DNA of 58,790 nt, filler included, from Sphacelaria rigidula (GCA_964200075.2; 10 parts of 10 records of this genome joined end to end with filler, not necessarily neighbours in it); one strand, 5' to 3'; counted from the whole stretch's first letter, positions 23,633 through 37,227 are shown. Notes: generated by a model not told the origin, from the sequence alone. Numbers and translations are program-made.

Positions 23633-26600
23633 TCGAAGCTATCATCGTGGGCCTGGCCTGGGTACGGGAGGCGGAGTCCTGCACCACACAAGCATGGACG
23701 CGCATGATACATGCGGGGAAGCGGGTGCGCTACGACGACCAGTGCTTCAAGCTACCATCGTTCGACTGGACCGGGTAAAAAAGGTCGAGTTCTGCGCCAC
23801 ACCCGCATGGACGCGCATGATCCATGTGGTGAAGACGATGCGCTACAAAGGTCGGTGCTCCGAGCTACCACCGTTCGCATGACCCATCTCGGAAAGGCGT
23901 AATTCTACGCCACATACGCCTGGATGCGCATGATCCATGAGGTGAAACAGGTGCTCTGCAACGATCGAGGCTCCATGTTACCATCGCTCGCCTAGCCCGG
24001 GTACGGGAAACGGAGTTCTGCGCCACACATGCCTGGACGCGCATAATACATGCGGTGAAACGGGTGCGCTATAAAGCTCGGTGCTCCAAGTTACCATCGT
24101 TCGCATGGCTCAAGTACGTGAAGCGAAAATCTGCGCCGCACACAGCCTGGGCGCCCATGGTTCATGCGGTAGACCGTGTGCGCTACAAAGATGGGGGCTC
24201 CGAGCAACCATCGTTCGCGTGACCAAGGTCAGAAAGGCGGAGGTCTGCGCCACACACGACTGCACGCGCATGATCCATGCCGTAAGCCCGGTGCGCTACA
24301 AAGATCAGTGCTCCAAGCAATCATCGTCCGCCTGACCTGGGTCAGGAAGGCGGAGGTCTGAGCCACATACGCCACACGAGCATGATCCATGCGGTGAATC
24401 AGATGTGCAACGAATATCAGTTCTACGAGCCACCATCGTCCGCCCGACCCGTACGGGAAGGCGGAGTTCTGCGCCACACACGCCCTGACGCGCATAATAC
24501 ATGCGATAGGCGGGTGCGCAACAAAGCTCGGGGCTCCAAGCTACCATCGCGCGCTCGGCCCGTGTCGGGAAGGCGGAGTTCTGCGCCACACACGCCTGGA
24601 CGCGCATGATGCATGAGGTGAAACAGGTGCGCTACAGAGATCGGTGCTCCAAGCTACAATCGTTCGCCTGGTCCGGGTACGGGAGGCGGAGTACTGCGCC
24701 ACACACGCCTGGACGCGCATGATTCATGAGGTGAAACAGGTGCGCTACAGAGATCGGTGCTCCAAGCTACAATCGTTCGCCTGGTTCGGGTACGGGAGGC
24801 GGAGTACTGCGCCACACACGCCTGGACGCGCATGATACATGCGGTGAAACGGGTGCGCTACGAAGATTGGTGCTCCAAGCTACCATCATGGGCCTGGCGC
24901 GGGTACGGACGGCGGAGTACTGCGCCACACACGTCTGGACGCGCATGATCCATGCGGTGAAACGAGTGTGCTACGATGATCGGTGCTCCAAGCTACCATC
25001 GTTCGCCTGGCCCGGGTACCAAAGGCGGAGTACTGCGCCACACAAGCATGGACGCGAAAGATCCATGCGGTGAAGCGGGTGCGCTACGATGATCGGTGCT
25101 CCGAACTACCATCGTTCGCCTGGCCCGTGTACCGAAGGCGGAGTACTGCGCCACACAAGCATGGACGCGCATGATCCATGCGGTGAAGCGGGTGCGCTAC
25201 GACGATCGGTGCTCCGAACTACCATCGTTCGACTGGACCGGGTAAGAAAGGCGGAGTACTGCGTCGCACACGCATGGACGCGCATGATCCATGCGGTAAG
25301 CCCGGTGCTCTACAAAGATCAGTGTTACAAGCTACCATTGTTCGGCTGGCTCGGGTACGGGAAACGGAGCACTGCGCCACACACGCCTGGACGAGCATGA
25401 TACACGCGGTGGAACGGGTGCGCTACGAATATCGATGCTCCAAGCTTCACTTGTTCGTCTGGCCCCGGTACGAAAGGCGGAGTTCTGCGCAACATACGCC
25501 TGGACACGCATGATCCGTGCGATGAACCCGGTGCGCTACGAAGATCGGTGCTCCGAACTACCATCGTTTGGCTGGCCCGGGTACGTAAGGCGGAGTTCTG
25601 CGCCACACACGCATGGACGCGCATGATCTGTGCGGTAACCCTGGTTGTGCAGCAAACATTGGTGCTCCAAGTTAGCATCGTCCGCCTGGCCCGGGTCAGG
25701 AAGTCGGAGTTCTACGCCACAAACACCTGGCTGCGCATGATTCATATGATATACCGGGTGCGCTACAAAGATCGGTAACATCGGTGCTCCAAGCTAGTAT
25801 GGGCCCCCTGGTCCGGGTACGGAAGTCGGAGTTCTGCGCCACACACGCCTGGCTGCGCATGATCCATGCGTCTAATCGGGTGCGCTACAAAGATCGGTGC
25901 TCCAAGCGACCATCATCCGCGCAAATCGGGTCACGATGGTGGAGTTCTGTGCCACACACACATGGACGCGCATAATCCATGCGTCTCATTGAGTGCGCAA
26001 CAAAGATCGGTTCTCCAAACTACCATGGTTCGCCTGCCCCGGGTACAGAAGGCGGAGGTCTGCGGCACACAAGGCTGGATACGCATGATCCATGCGGTGA
26101 ACCCGGTGCGCTACAAAGATCGGTGCTCCGAGCCACCATCGTTCGCCTGGCCCGGGTACGTGAGGAGGAAGTCTGTGCCACACACACCTGCTCGCTCATG
26201 ATCTATGCGTCTAACCGGGTGCGCTACAAACATGGGTGCTCGAAGCTACCATCGTTCGCATGGTCCGGGTACGGAAGTCGGAGGTCTGCGCCACACACGC
26301 CATACGCGCATGATCCATGCGATATACGGGGTGCGCAACAAAGATCGGTGCTCGAAGCGACCATCGTCCGCGCAGATCGAGTCACGACGGTGGAGTTCTG
26401 TGCCACACACGCCTGGACGCGCATGATGCATGCGTCTAATCGGGTGCGCTACAAAGATCGGTGCTCCAAGCTACCATGGTTCGCCTGCCCCGGGTACAGA
26501 AGGCGGAGTTCTTCGCCACACACGCCTGGACGCGCATGATCCATGCGGTGAACCCGGTGCGCTACAAAGATCGGTGCCCCGAGCCACAACCGTTCGCCTG

Positions 26601-27680
26601 GCCCGGGTATGTAAGGCGGAGTTCTGCGCCACACACGCCTGCACGCGCATGATCCATGCGTCTAACCGGGTGCGCTACAAACATGGGTGCTCGAAGCTAC
26701 CATCGTTCGCATGGCCCGGGTACGGAAGTCGGAGGTCTGCGCCACACACGCCTGGCTGCGCATGATCCGTGCGGTAAACCGGTTGTGCAGCAAAGATCGG
26801 TGCTCCAGGCTACCATCGGCCGCCTGGCCCGGGTACGGAAGTCGGAGTACTGCGCCACACACGCCTGGATGCGCATGATGCATGCGGTGAAACGGGTGTG
26901 CTTCAAAGGTGGGTGCCCCAAGCTACCATCGTTCGGCTGGACCGGGTAGGGAAGGCGGAGTTCTGTGCTCCATACGCCTGGATGCGCATGATCCATGTGG
27001 TACACCAGGTGTGCTGCAAGCATCGGTGCTCCAAGCTACTATCGTTCGGCTCGACCGAGTCGGCAGGCGGAGGTTCGCACCGCACATGCCGAGATGCTCG
27101 AGATCCATGTCGTGAACGAGGTTTGCGGCGAGGATCGGTGATTCAAGCTACCATCACTCGCCTGACCCGGGTACGGAAGGCGGCGTTCTGCGCCACACAC
27201 GCCTGGACGCGCAAGATTCGTCTGGAAAACAAGTGTGCTGCATGTATCGGTGCTCCAAGCTACCATCGTCCAGCTCGACCGGGACGGGAGGGCGGACTTC
27301 TGCGCCACACACGCCTGGACGCGCAAGATCCATGCGGTCAACAAGATGTGCTGCAAAGATGGATGATGAAAACGTACCATCGTTTTGCTCGACCAGGACG
27401 GCAGGGTGTAGTTTTGAGCCACAGACGCCTAGACGTGAAACATCCATGTGTGAGACTATCAGCTGTAAGCATCGGTGCACCGAGCTACCATCGTTCGCTT
27501 GGCCCGGGTTGGGAAGGCGGAGTTCTGCGCCACACACGCCTGGACGCGCATGGTCCATGCGGAAAACCGGGTGTGCTGCAAAGATCGGTGCTCCAAGCTA
27601 CCATCGTTCGACTGGCCCGTGTACCGAAGGCGGAGTTCTGCGCCACACACGCCTGGATGCGCAAGATCCATGGGGTATAC
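23633..27680. repeat. Satellite array of ~36 copies of a 113-bp GC-rich monomer
   Basis: Unit approximately GCTACCATCGTTCGCCTGGCCCGGGTACGGAAGGCGGAGTTCTGCGCCACACACGCCTGGACGCGCATGATCCATGCGGTGAAACGGGTGCGCTACAAAGATCGGTGCTCCAA. Period 113 (e.g. 24644 and 24757). Confidence 0.97.
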
Positions 27681-28062
27681 CGGGAGAATTGAATTCTTCG
27701 TGTCCACACCAAATCTCCGAATTATGGTTCCATGTTTACACTTGCTGGTAGCTATTGACAACTACTACACGCCATACAAATTTGGATTTCGATCACCGAA
27801 ATGTTGGGGTCCCAGATGAAAAACCCATTTTGGGATCCAATCGGATCACCTATATTCCCCAGAGTTGTTTCTTCACCTAGGATCCCAACATATCGGTTAT
27901 CAGAATCCAAATTTGCATGACGTGTAGTAATTATCAATAGCTACCAGAAGGTAGAGGAATGGAAATATATTTCGGAGATTTGTTGGGGGTACGAAGATTT
28001 TAATTCTCCGGGTTCTCATCCTCGATAAAAACTCCCTCCCCGATTTGTAAAATCCCGTGTTT
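27680..28062. mobile_element. Foldback element, left end truncated, same family as 16251-16685
   Basis: CACTTGCTGGTAGCTATTGACAACTACTACACG... inverted arms. Right terminus ATTTGTAAAATCCCGTGTT. Confidence 0.85.
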
Positions 28063-28190
28063 AGAGGCTGGTTCACGGCGTACCACCTAGAACAAGTGTC
28101 ATCGGCTAACCTTCACGCCGCTTCTTGGAGTCAGGCTCCAAAAATGTGCACGCACGTCCTATGGGTCATTTCGAAACTAGAATTTATTGC

Positions 28191-28558
28191 TGTGACTGAC
28201 TGTACCCAGCTGATGCGTATATGGAAAAGTGTTCGGGTTGTGGAAGAACAGGGGATGAAATTAATCATGAAGCTTTGTTTATAGCCCCAAAACGATTACC
28301 AAACGCTGATAGAAGACGCTTTGCTCGGCTTCCCTAAAGCGGAAGGAAAACGATGTCACAGATTCTTCGAACATCTCGGCAAATCATGTATAGGAAATTG
28401 TGGTTAAGAGAATGAAAGTGCTGGAAACATTTTATGAAGGTGAAAACGGCGGATTTGATTAATGGAAAAGTGTCTGTGCTTCACGGGTTTTGGGGGGGCG
28501 TGAAGAGTTATTTTCAACACTTTCGCATGTGCACATCAGCTGGGTACAGTCGGTCACA
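28191..28558. mobile_element. MITE-like element with ~40-bp inverted repeats
   Basis: TGTGACTGACTGTACCCAGCTGATG / CATCAGCTGGGTACAGTCGGTCACA. No clear TSD. Confidence 0.6.
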
Positions 28559-28739
28559 ATGAAAGGTAAGTCTTCATAGGGGGGAACAACAGCGCTCGGC
28601 TGGCTGCTACTGCGCTCTATAGACTTCTGCCACTCAAGATCAGATCGCCATGTGAACTCCCCCCATCACAGGCACATGGACTTCAGCAGTTTTAGTTATT
28701 TATGTATTAACCCTCAGCATAGTACAGGAGAACAGGACC

Positions 28740-29345
28740 ATAGCCTCTCTCCACCAGAGTAGCAAAACCAAGCCTACTCGTCATGGACGTCACCTATCAC
28801 AGAGTCCGGCAATCAGACACGCAACTCCACCTACATCATGTTCCTAATCTTAGGTAACAATGATGGCTAGAGTCTACAGCACCCCCAAAGCTCTCTACTA
28901 CCAACAAGTGGTTACATCAGAGCTTGACAAACTCAGACATCATTGGCGCCTGATAGTACCGTCGTTTTCCGCAAAGAATAGCAATCTCTTCCGCTGCTTT
29001 CGACAACAGCTCCATACAAGCTTGCCCCACTTCCGAACAACTCGCAGGAGATCCCAAGAAAATATCGTCCATCCTGAACATGCAATCACGCTACTTGCAC
29101 CACTTCGAGTTACAAAGCGGTAGCTAGGGCCAAATTCTCAAATCTTCGCCCAAAACAAGTATCTTGACTCTTCATCGGCACGAAACCGGAAATGCCAGCG
29201 AACGTCAAATTCCACAGCATTCGTGACTCATCGTCCCTCTCATCCGAGACAACGTTCTTCTCAACACACAATGTACTATTTGTACGTTCAATACCTGCGC
29301 AACGGAGTGCAGCAGTCAAATGATACACCATCCTCACTGTGGAAG
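28740..29345 (-). pseudogene. Possible highly decayed tyrosine-recombinase gene of a DIRS/Ngaro-like retroelement
   Basis: Manual minus-strand translation across frameshifts gives YFLGISCELF, ACLIAGL and DE*AWFCYSGGERL, in the order expected for the YR box I and HSxRxGGAT motifs. The catalytic residues are lost. Confidence 0.3.
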
Positions 29346-30051
29346 NNNNNNNNNNNNNNNNNNNNNNNNNNNNNNNNNNNNNNNNNNNNTTAATTAATTA
29401 ANNNNNNNNNNNNNNNNNNNNNNNNNNNNNNNNNNNNNNNNNNNNGTCGGTGCCTCCTGGCGAGTGGCTGGAGGGGGGAGTGGCCCCCGGCGAGATGTAG
29501 GCGCAGAACGCCGGCGCCCCCCCCCCCCCCTGAGATTTGAAACTTACCCCAGGACGGCATGGTGCATATTGCAGATTAATACTCGAACCCACGGTTCAAC
29601 CCTGACTTGTGAAGGGAGGCGTGATGGTACTTGACAGACACGCGCTTCTGGGGAATTCAACTCCTGATAATATATGAAGACAGTCTCTACGCGATCACCC
29701 GTGTCGTCTTCCACCTCACCGTCAAAAGCACCCTTCGAAGTGTCAAAATATCGTGTTTTTTCAAGGGCTCGTTGTGCGGAAATACTCTGTGCGAGTGTTT
29801 TTACTTATTTCATGCCTCAGTCACCGTAGAAGGCCTAATTTTATTTCCTTACCTCGTGGACCCTGAAAAATTGGTACGCGCGGCAGTTGATACCCCGGTA
29901 TGTACTTTGGGGTACACTCGATGTCGAAGGTACCCGGGGACACCGGACGAGAAGTGTCTTACCCTGAGATAGAGCACAGTACCCTCACCTTGTTTGATTT
30001 ACGACCCTGTCTTGTTGCCTACCCCTTGCCCCCATGCACCCGCGTCCTTAG

Positions 30052-30217
30052 ATATCAACGCGATGTTTCTGGGGATTTAGACTATGACGATGATGTCAGC
30101 GATATCACGGATATGTCGACATCCCGTCACGACTTCATGTCCATTGGATCAGCTACATCCTGGCGGCAAGCACCACCGGCCATCAATCGGGGTCGAGGTC
30201 GGAGCGGGCGGGACTGA
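30052..30217 (+). CDS. Probable terminal exon of an unknown protein
   Basis: C-rich tract plus CCTTAG| acceptor. YQRDVSGDLDYDDDVSDITDMSTSRHDFMSIGSATSW...GRD*. Confidence 0.5.
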
Positions 30218-30799
30218 TGGGCATGTTGGTCGTTTCAAGGGCGGCGCATGCTCATTCTGGCGGTGGGACGCATCGAGGCGCATCGTCGAGAGAGTTTGAC
30301 GACCAGCGCACAGAGTGTACGGGGCTGCAACGAGGACGTGGTGTACAGTAGATCCGGCACACGTACTGTACTGATGTTGGGTTTTATGTTGCGGTTATTT
30401 ACTGAGTGCAGATTGCGTGATACAGCGTCTATCGTGATTTTGCCGTTGCAGCGTTGCGTGGCAGCCGTCCGTCCGTCCGTCCGTCTTTCTTATTTCTCTT
30501 TCGGTTGAGAAAGGAAAACCGAAGCACGCTAAGACTTGCGACGTGAAGTGACGGGGATGGGTGGGACCGCGTGCATCGCACAGTACTGTAGTACGTACAT
30601 GGTAGTATTTATAGAGGATAACGTAATTAGATATGTATAACATTTTTCGACAGCGGTTCGTGGCGCCCTCAAAAGTGTGAGGCGTATCACCGCTACTCCG
30701 GTGGGCCGTACAGACCGGGAGGAGAAACTGTAGATTGCGGGAGATAACACCCCCTTCCCCCCGTTTCCCCCCATTTCCCCCCCTCCTACCCACCCACCC

Positions 30800-30948
30800 A
30801 CACGCGCACGATGATGAGAGGTGTTTTCAGCATCGATGTGCTCGAAGACGATAGTCCTTGTCATGTTTGAGTCTTGCGTGTCGTGGATATCGTCAGGCTC
30901 GAGATCATTTTCGTGCACGGGGTCTGCTGGCCCGTGCAAGACCCCATC
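30800..30948 (-). CDS. Possible internal exon of an unknown protein
   Basis: AACCAG| acceptor. DGVLHGPADPVHENDLEPDDIHDTQDSNMTRTIVFEHIDAENTSHHR. GTGGGT donor-like sites follow, exact boundary uncertain. Confidence 0.35.
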
Positions 30949-31445
30949 CTGGTTGAGGAGACACGAGGTTTTAGTTTGCATTCGCGTTACGTTATGAGCG
31001 ATGTCGCGGCACATGGCCGCGCATGCGAGAGAGCTAGCTAGCTGGCACCAGCGTGAACCGTTTCGTTCGCACCTAGCATGTGATGATTGTATGTAATATG
31101 TTTGAACATAAGTCGTCAACTTCTGCGCTTTTGTTGTTGTTCGGGCGGATCGGGGAGGGGAGAGGAGAGGAAAGCTGGGCCCTCTCTGGTGATGAATGAT
31201 GCTGTGGGAGTTTTTCGTTGCGGATTTGCCGCCGTCTGCAATGTAGCCAGAGTGCGTTCCGTTTTTGTTGTTTTGAATTTGGAATTCAGACGTATATTCA
31301 TATTACTTTATACACACCATGGTGAAGAGAGTTTCTTCGGTATTGGCTTTCTCGCTCAACTTCTTGGGTTGAATTTGTTCATGTTTTTTTTCCCCGGCTC
31401 GGGAAAATCATAGCGACAGGGAGGGAAGGGAAGGGAAGGAAGCCC

Positions 31446-32480
31446 GGACGTTTTGGTATGCCACTCGGAACAAGAGTGGTTTTTGCTCGCGGCAATAGCT
31501 AGAGTAGTTCTCTCAGGGCAAGTTATTCCAAAACAAGTAACGTGAATTAAGATACTGAAACGCGGACTAGTCGAAAACATACGCGTGCATGTGTGAGCGA
31601 TGAGCACCCCACTATTTTCCCTGTATTTTTGTTTTTCTCGTTTTTGTTTGTTCGTTGTCTATTCTTTCGTTTTTTTCACATTTCCTTCTTTTTTCATTTT
31701 TACAAAACTAGTTGGGGGGATTGTTGGTCGATCGAGTGACAAAGGCTGTGAATGGCGTTTCGGTGTGTGCGATGTGGAACACTTGCGGCACTGTAGCTAC
31801 ATCTGTAATAGAGAGATGCATCCACCATCACTGCGAACGTAATAGTGTTGTAAGGTCTAGCATCTCTGGGCGTGCAATTTCTGTTGATTGCTTTATTATT
31901 TTGTGACACGTGGAATGGCTTACTAGAAATGGAGTACACACGCACACACCCATGTTGCTGTGCTAACTCTTCCGACGTTTTCGTATGTCGCTCGGAACAA
32001 GAGTGGTTTTTGATCACGGCAATAGCTGGAGTGGTTTTTCAGGGAAAGTTGTTCCAAAACAAGTAATGTAAAATTATGATATTGAAACGCGGACTAGTTG
32101 AAAACGTATGCGTGCATGTGTGAGCGATGGGCACCACTATTTTCCCTGTGTCATTTTTTTTGTCGTTTTTTTTTGTCGTTTTTTTCTTCCTTCTCCTTCA
32201 CTCTTTTGTTTTTGACAGAAGTAGTTGGGGGGATTGTTGGTCGATCGAGTGACAAAGGCTGTGATTGGCGTTTCGGTGTGTGCGATGTGGCACACTTGCG
32301 GCACTGTAGCTACATCTGTAGTAAAGGAATGCATCCACCATCACTGCGAACATAATAGTGTTGTAAGGTCAAGTTTCTCTGGCCTTGGAATTGCTGTTGA
32401 TTGCATTATTGTTTTGTGAGACGTGGAATGGTTTACTAGAAATGGAGTACTCACGCAGACACACCCATGTGGTTCCAACT
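31446..32480. repeat. Tandem duplication of a ~520-bp unit
   Basis: GACGTTTT.GTATG.C.CTCGGAACAAGAGTGGTTTTTG at 31447 and 31974. The two copies are colinear through TTACTAGAAATGGAGTAC. Confidence 0.93.
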
Positions 32481-35400
32481 GTTTTTATCGTCCCCATTTT
32501 GTTCTATTTCGTTGGGGTTCAAAGCACTGTTCGCGAGGTGCCGCATTTTCAGGCGAGGTTATGTAGTTTTGATTGCACGTTGGTTTTGGTTCGTATGCGT
32601 GCGATATCAAGTTGGTCGTACCCGTCTTAGTCGTAAGAAAAATTGATGCCGTAACGGTGAAAAAAGCTGCGTTTTCTTGGCGCCTTACCATACCGGGGGG
32701 GTCGTATCTAGCGCTGCGTATGTGTGTACCAAACTGAGATAGCATAGCATGTGCTCGTATCGGGGGGGACGGTGTGTACAGCATGGGAATCGCTGTCATA
32801 AACCGTATGGTGGACGTGTCTACTCGTGAGTGAAAGCAGGTAAAAAAGCGGTATGTAGTACATGTACAGTACCACGGTCAGCACATGGTGCACACGAAGA
32901 TTAAACTCGACGGTGTCAGGGTCGGCGATCCCGTTTTAGGTCAAAGTTAGAGAGATAGATGAAGGGAGTCGATGGCTGCTCTCGCCCCCCGCACTGCGAC
33001 AGGAAAACACGTATTGTGCGTATTTCAGCATTGAAATCTACTTGCTTGAAAATAACAGACAGAAAAGGTCATCATGTATGGCGATAAAAATGTTGTGTCT
33101 ATCTATATCAATGTACGGGGTAGTGGAGGTGCTCCATGGGTGTGGTTTTCCCCTCCTCTTCTACGAGTGATGACTACAGCGGGCATGGGATACTCATATG
33201 CGAGGTTTTGATACAGCGCGACTCCATATCCCGTTTCGAACCATCGCAATTTCATGTGATGCTACACTGATAGTTTCATTGACTATTTACAGTATGCGAA
33301 GTGCATATTAACAGGGGATCCGCAAAATGGGAACGGGTTATTTCATGGTAACGAGTTTTGTTTTTGGGGAATGGAAAACAAATATAGGGCTCAGGATTGT
33401 TGGAAATGGGCCCCCTTTACGGCGCGGAGAGACTGGAAAGGCTCCCCAAGGGTTCAAGAACCGAGCCCACATGTTGTGGAACCATTTTGGACAAGAAATG
33501 CGGTTCATTTGCCCCCGGACAAACGCCCATGATATTCAGGCCTAGAATTGTTTCCCGTCTCGCCTAAGGAATGATGACATACTGTTCCTGAGATTTGAGA
33601 ACACTCAACAGCTCCTTTCGGGGCGTTTCGAGATGTTACGTGCGCACTTCTTCTGTTGTGGTCATTGAGAAAATTGTTGAGTTTGACGAGAGTTTGAAAT
33701 GGTTTCCGAACTATCTTGAGGGCACGTTGCGAGAGTCCCGAGCAGTTGTTTGGGGCCTTTCGGGCTCTCGAATATGGGACATATTCCTCCTCCGTTCCAT
33801 GTCAGCGTAGGGCATATAGCTTTCCGAACATTTCTGAGCACCGTTTCTTTTTGCGTCCCCATGAAAATAATTCATTCCCATCTTGTTCTCCACATGTGTC
33901 GGACATGCCCCGGCGTCTTTTCGTTGCGTTGCTGTCGCGGAGTAGACCGAACACGACCCGACATCATAGAACCGGAGCGGGCACGAAGCTGAGTGTTTGA
34001 GGAACCAAAGCAGGCAAACTTGCGCATCCGCTCGCGATGAGTACACAGCACGATGAAACTTCACGATGGATCGTTGAAGAGACGAGGACGAAGCAGTAGC
34101 AATTTCTCGCAACGCTGGGACTGATGAACATATTCACGACTGTTTGTACCGGTGTAATATACCAGCAGAAGCACCGGGCACCCACACTGGAGCAGCAGCA
34201 GCATAGCACAGTGTCCACAGCACAAGCACCACGTGTATGCTCATGTGTTGTGACCTAAAACAACAGCACTGTTATGCCTGTGAGTGAAGGCCTTACCGAC
34301 CTAAAATCCGTTGCCCACAAAAAGTAAAATGAACGCGGACGGATATTGAAGACGTACTGAAGACGTCATAGACTGGTCGAGCCTCTGCCGAACCTCTGCC
34401 GAACATAACACACCCTCCATCCCAAGCTATCTAGGTTTAGTATGCGACATCGGTAAATTTTTTATCGCTACTATCCCGAGACAGGAAGCAAACCGGCCTC
34501 TGGAACTTCACAGCCCCCCGCACACACACTAGACGTAGTGAGTTTGACAAGCGGAGTTTTCAATTCACCACAGCGGATCCGAAAAGCTTCAGAACGTTGC
34601 AGGAAACGCGTTTTTTTGTAGTACATCTTGTGTTCGGTGCAGCGGTTTGCAAAGTGCTGCGTCCTCCGCGGCACGCGTACGTGAACCTCTCGTCAAGTTC
34701 ACTAGTTCTGGTGTGTCGGAAGCGCACGCATCAAACCGCAGACCATTTCTGCACGTCGTTGCCGAGGAAGTAGCGTTGAAAGATAAGCACAACATCAGAC
34801 TGCAACAAGAAGGGCACAGCAGCAGCTTTTATCCTCCTGTTGTTGTATCCCTGCGTGTACAGGTGTACAGCAACATCAGTCACAGGTGTGTTGTAGAATG
34901 CAACATAGCAGTAGCACATTTCGTATGAGCGCCGTCGTCATTCCGAGTGATGCGTATACTTATGATGATGATACTGATTGGCTCATTCAGGTTTCATTTA
35001 TTCTACATTCAACTGACTGTAGTGTTGGTCGGTCCAATTTCTCGGTATATAGTGCCCCAAATCGGGCCCCATTCACGGGCATGACTATTCGTATCCCCAC
35101 CGGGATGCAACAGTTTCGCCAGATTACCAGAGTAGTTTGTTTTCTTTATTTTCGGTGGGCCTTCAAACAGCCAATCATCTATGTTGAGGATGGTGCTTTT
35201 GAATGAGGATGAGAACCCGGAGGAATAAAATCTTNNNNNNNNNNNNNNNNNNNNNNNNNNNNNNNNNNNNNNNNNNNNTTAATTAATTAANNNNNNNNNN
35301 NNNNNNNNNNNNNNNNNNNNNNNNNNNNNNNNNNACTTTTGCGCCATTCCACTTGTCTGGGCTGCGTGTACCTGGGTGGCAACGCTGAAAACAAAGCCGA

Positions 35401-35704
35401 GGGATTGATTCGTACGATTCGAATCAAATATACTAAAACCAAGTAATTTTCAGACGAATCATTATTTGTCCGACCCTTGAAAGAGTTACTTCTTTTTCTG
35501 TTATCGCCACTTCTAGGGGGGGGGGGGCATGTTGTGAGACCATGTCGAAAGCAAGTGTATGAAGCATGAGGCTGTCGGACAAGCCATACGTACCACTGTG
35601 ACTTCATGAACCCGTTTTCACCTTGCGCTATCACCATGAGACAGTGATGCAGACCATGGTTTCATGTCACTACACTCCTACCGATTCATCACTCGATGAT
35701 CTAC

Positions 35705-37227
35705 AGACGAGGGAATACCGAAATATTTTGATATTTTACAAGGAATTGCACAAGGACGTACGTTATTACCCACTTTATTGAAGGTATTTTTTGATGACCT
35801 CATATTAGCGATAGAAGCAGAAAATCAAGGGGTCATAGTGCGTGAGGATAAGATTTCAGGTTTGATGTTCGCGGATGATTTTGTGGGTATTTCAGGAACA
35901 GCAGAATGATTGCAGGAACAAACGGAGGAGGCGCTAGAATACACTGGGGCACGGAGAGTGACAGCGAACGTCAACAAATGCGCGATGCTCATCTGTAACG
36001 ACGATAAGAAAAATCCGGTAAAGTTCAAATGGAAGTGGGGAGAAGAGGAACTGACTATCGTAGACCAGTATACATACCTTAGTGTAGAGATCTCAAGAAA
36101 CCGTTCTTGGGATGCACACATAAAAAAAGGAATAGAAAAGGGTGAGGCACAGATAGGAAGGATGGATGTGATCCTCAGAGACTCGCATACAGACACTAGG
36201 ATCAAGACATGTATCCTGATGAACGTGATTGTACCAAAGGTGGAATATGCAGGAGAAGAATGGGAGGGGAACGTGAAGTTGATGGAAGAAGTTGGAAACA
36301 GTACAGGTGGCAGCAGCCAAGAGAGTACTTGGATACTCTAAGACGACGATTAAATACAGTTTTGAGAGCAGAGTTGGGAACGTACTCACTTGAAACAGAG
36401 ACATGAGGAAATTGAGGTGGCCATATAGCGTTAAGAACATGCAGAGAATGAGATTGCCATATAGTTGACAGGGCTGTATGGAAGAAAAAACGAAAGGGAA
36501 GGCTGGGATAAGGTGGGATACAGAAGTCGAAAAAGTATGGAAGAAGATATCAATAGGAGGAAATCAAGACGAAATACTGTCCATAGGTGAAGGCGCGGGG
36601 TACAAGGCAAAGGTAGGAGATATGATAGAAATAAGGGGAAAAGGAGCGCTTAGACGCAAAGTAGACGAGGAAGAACGCCTGAAGATATACGGGGGGTTGA
36701 GAGAGGGGGTAGGGATGAGAACATATCTGCATCGCCCAATGGACGCGGCGAAAAATCTGAAACTGCGATTTCGGGTGGGGGACCTGGACCTGCCAGAAAG
36801 AAGAGATAGTTTTACCAGTAGTCGAGTGGAGGAGGAAGTAGGTGCATGGAATTACCCCTGTGGCAAAGCAATAGAGAGCAGAACTAATATAGTGGCAGAA
36901 TGTGATCAATACAAGGAGGAACGGGACGTGCTAGAGGGGGAAATGCGGGACTTGAAAAAAGGTGGGATGAAATCTTTTGATGCGTTAGACAGTAGGGAGA
37001 AAACGATGGCTATACTAGGAGGCAGATGGTAGCCACAAATGGCGGAACAGGACGGGGATAAGATATGTGAAAGGATTTTGTGCAATGTATGGAAGAAACG
37101 TAATGAGCGCTGGAGGGTTGGAGGTCGCTCCATTAGGAATAGGAACGGTGCTTCGTCTCGAAAGGGATGCGTGGTCAATGGTCAAACGACTAAGGCAAGC
37201 AACAAATGAGTAAACCCCACCCCCCCT
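35705..37227 (+). mobile_element. Non-LTR retrotransposon (LINE), 5'-truncated and degenerate: RT C-terminal half, CCHC-like domain and C-tailed 3' end
   Basis: QGIAQG..L.PTL, GLMFADDFVGIS, NVNKC and YTYL motifs. YPCGKAIESRTNIVAEC zinc-knuckle-like segment. Ends AACAAATGAGTAAACCCCACCCCCC. Confidence 0.93.

Noticed and set aside
23633..27680. CRISPR array, repeat protein or hammerhead-ribozyme satellite
   Set aside because: There are no unique spacers or cas genes. The 113-bp period is not a multiple of 3, so the many ORFs are artefacts. I found no CTGANGA/GAAA hammerhead core in the consensus on either strand.
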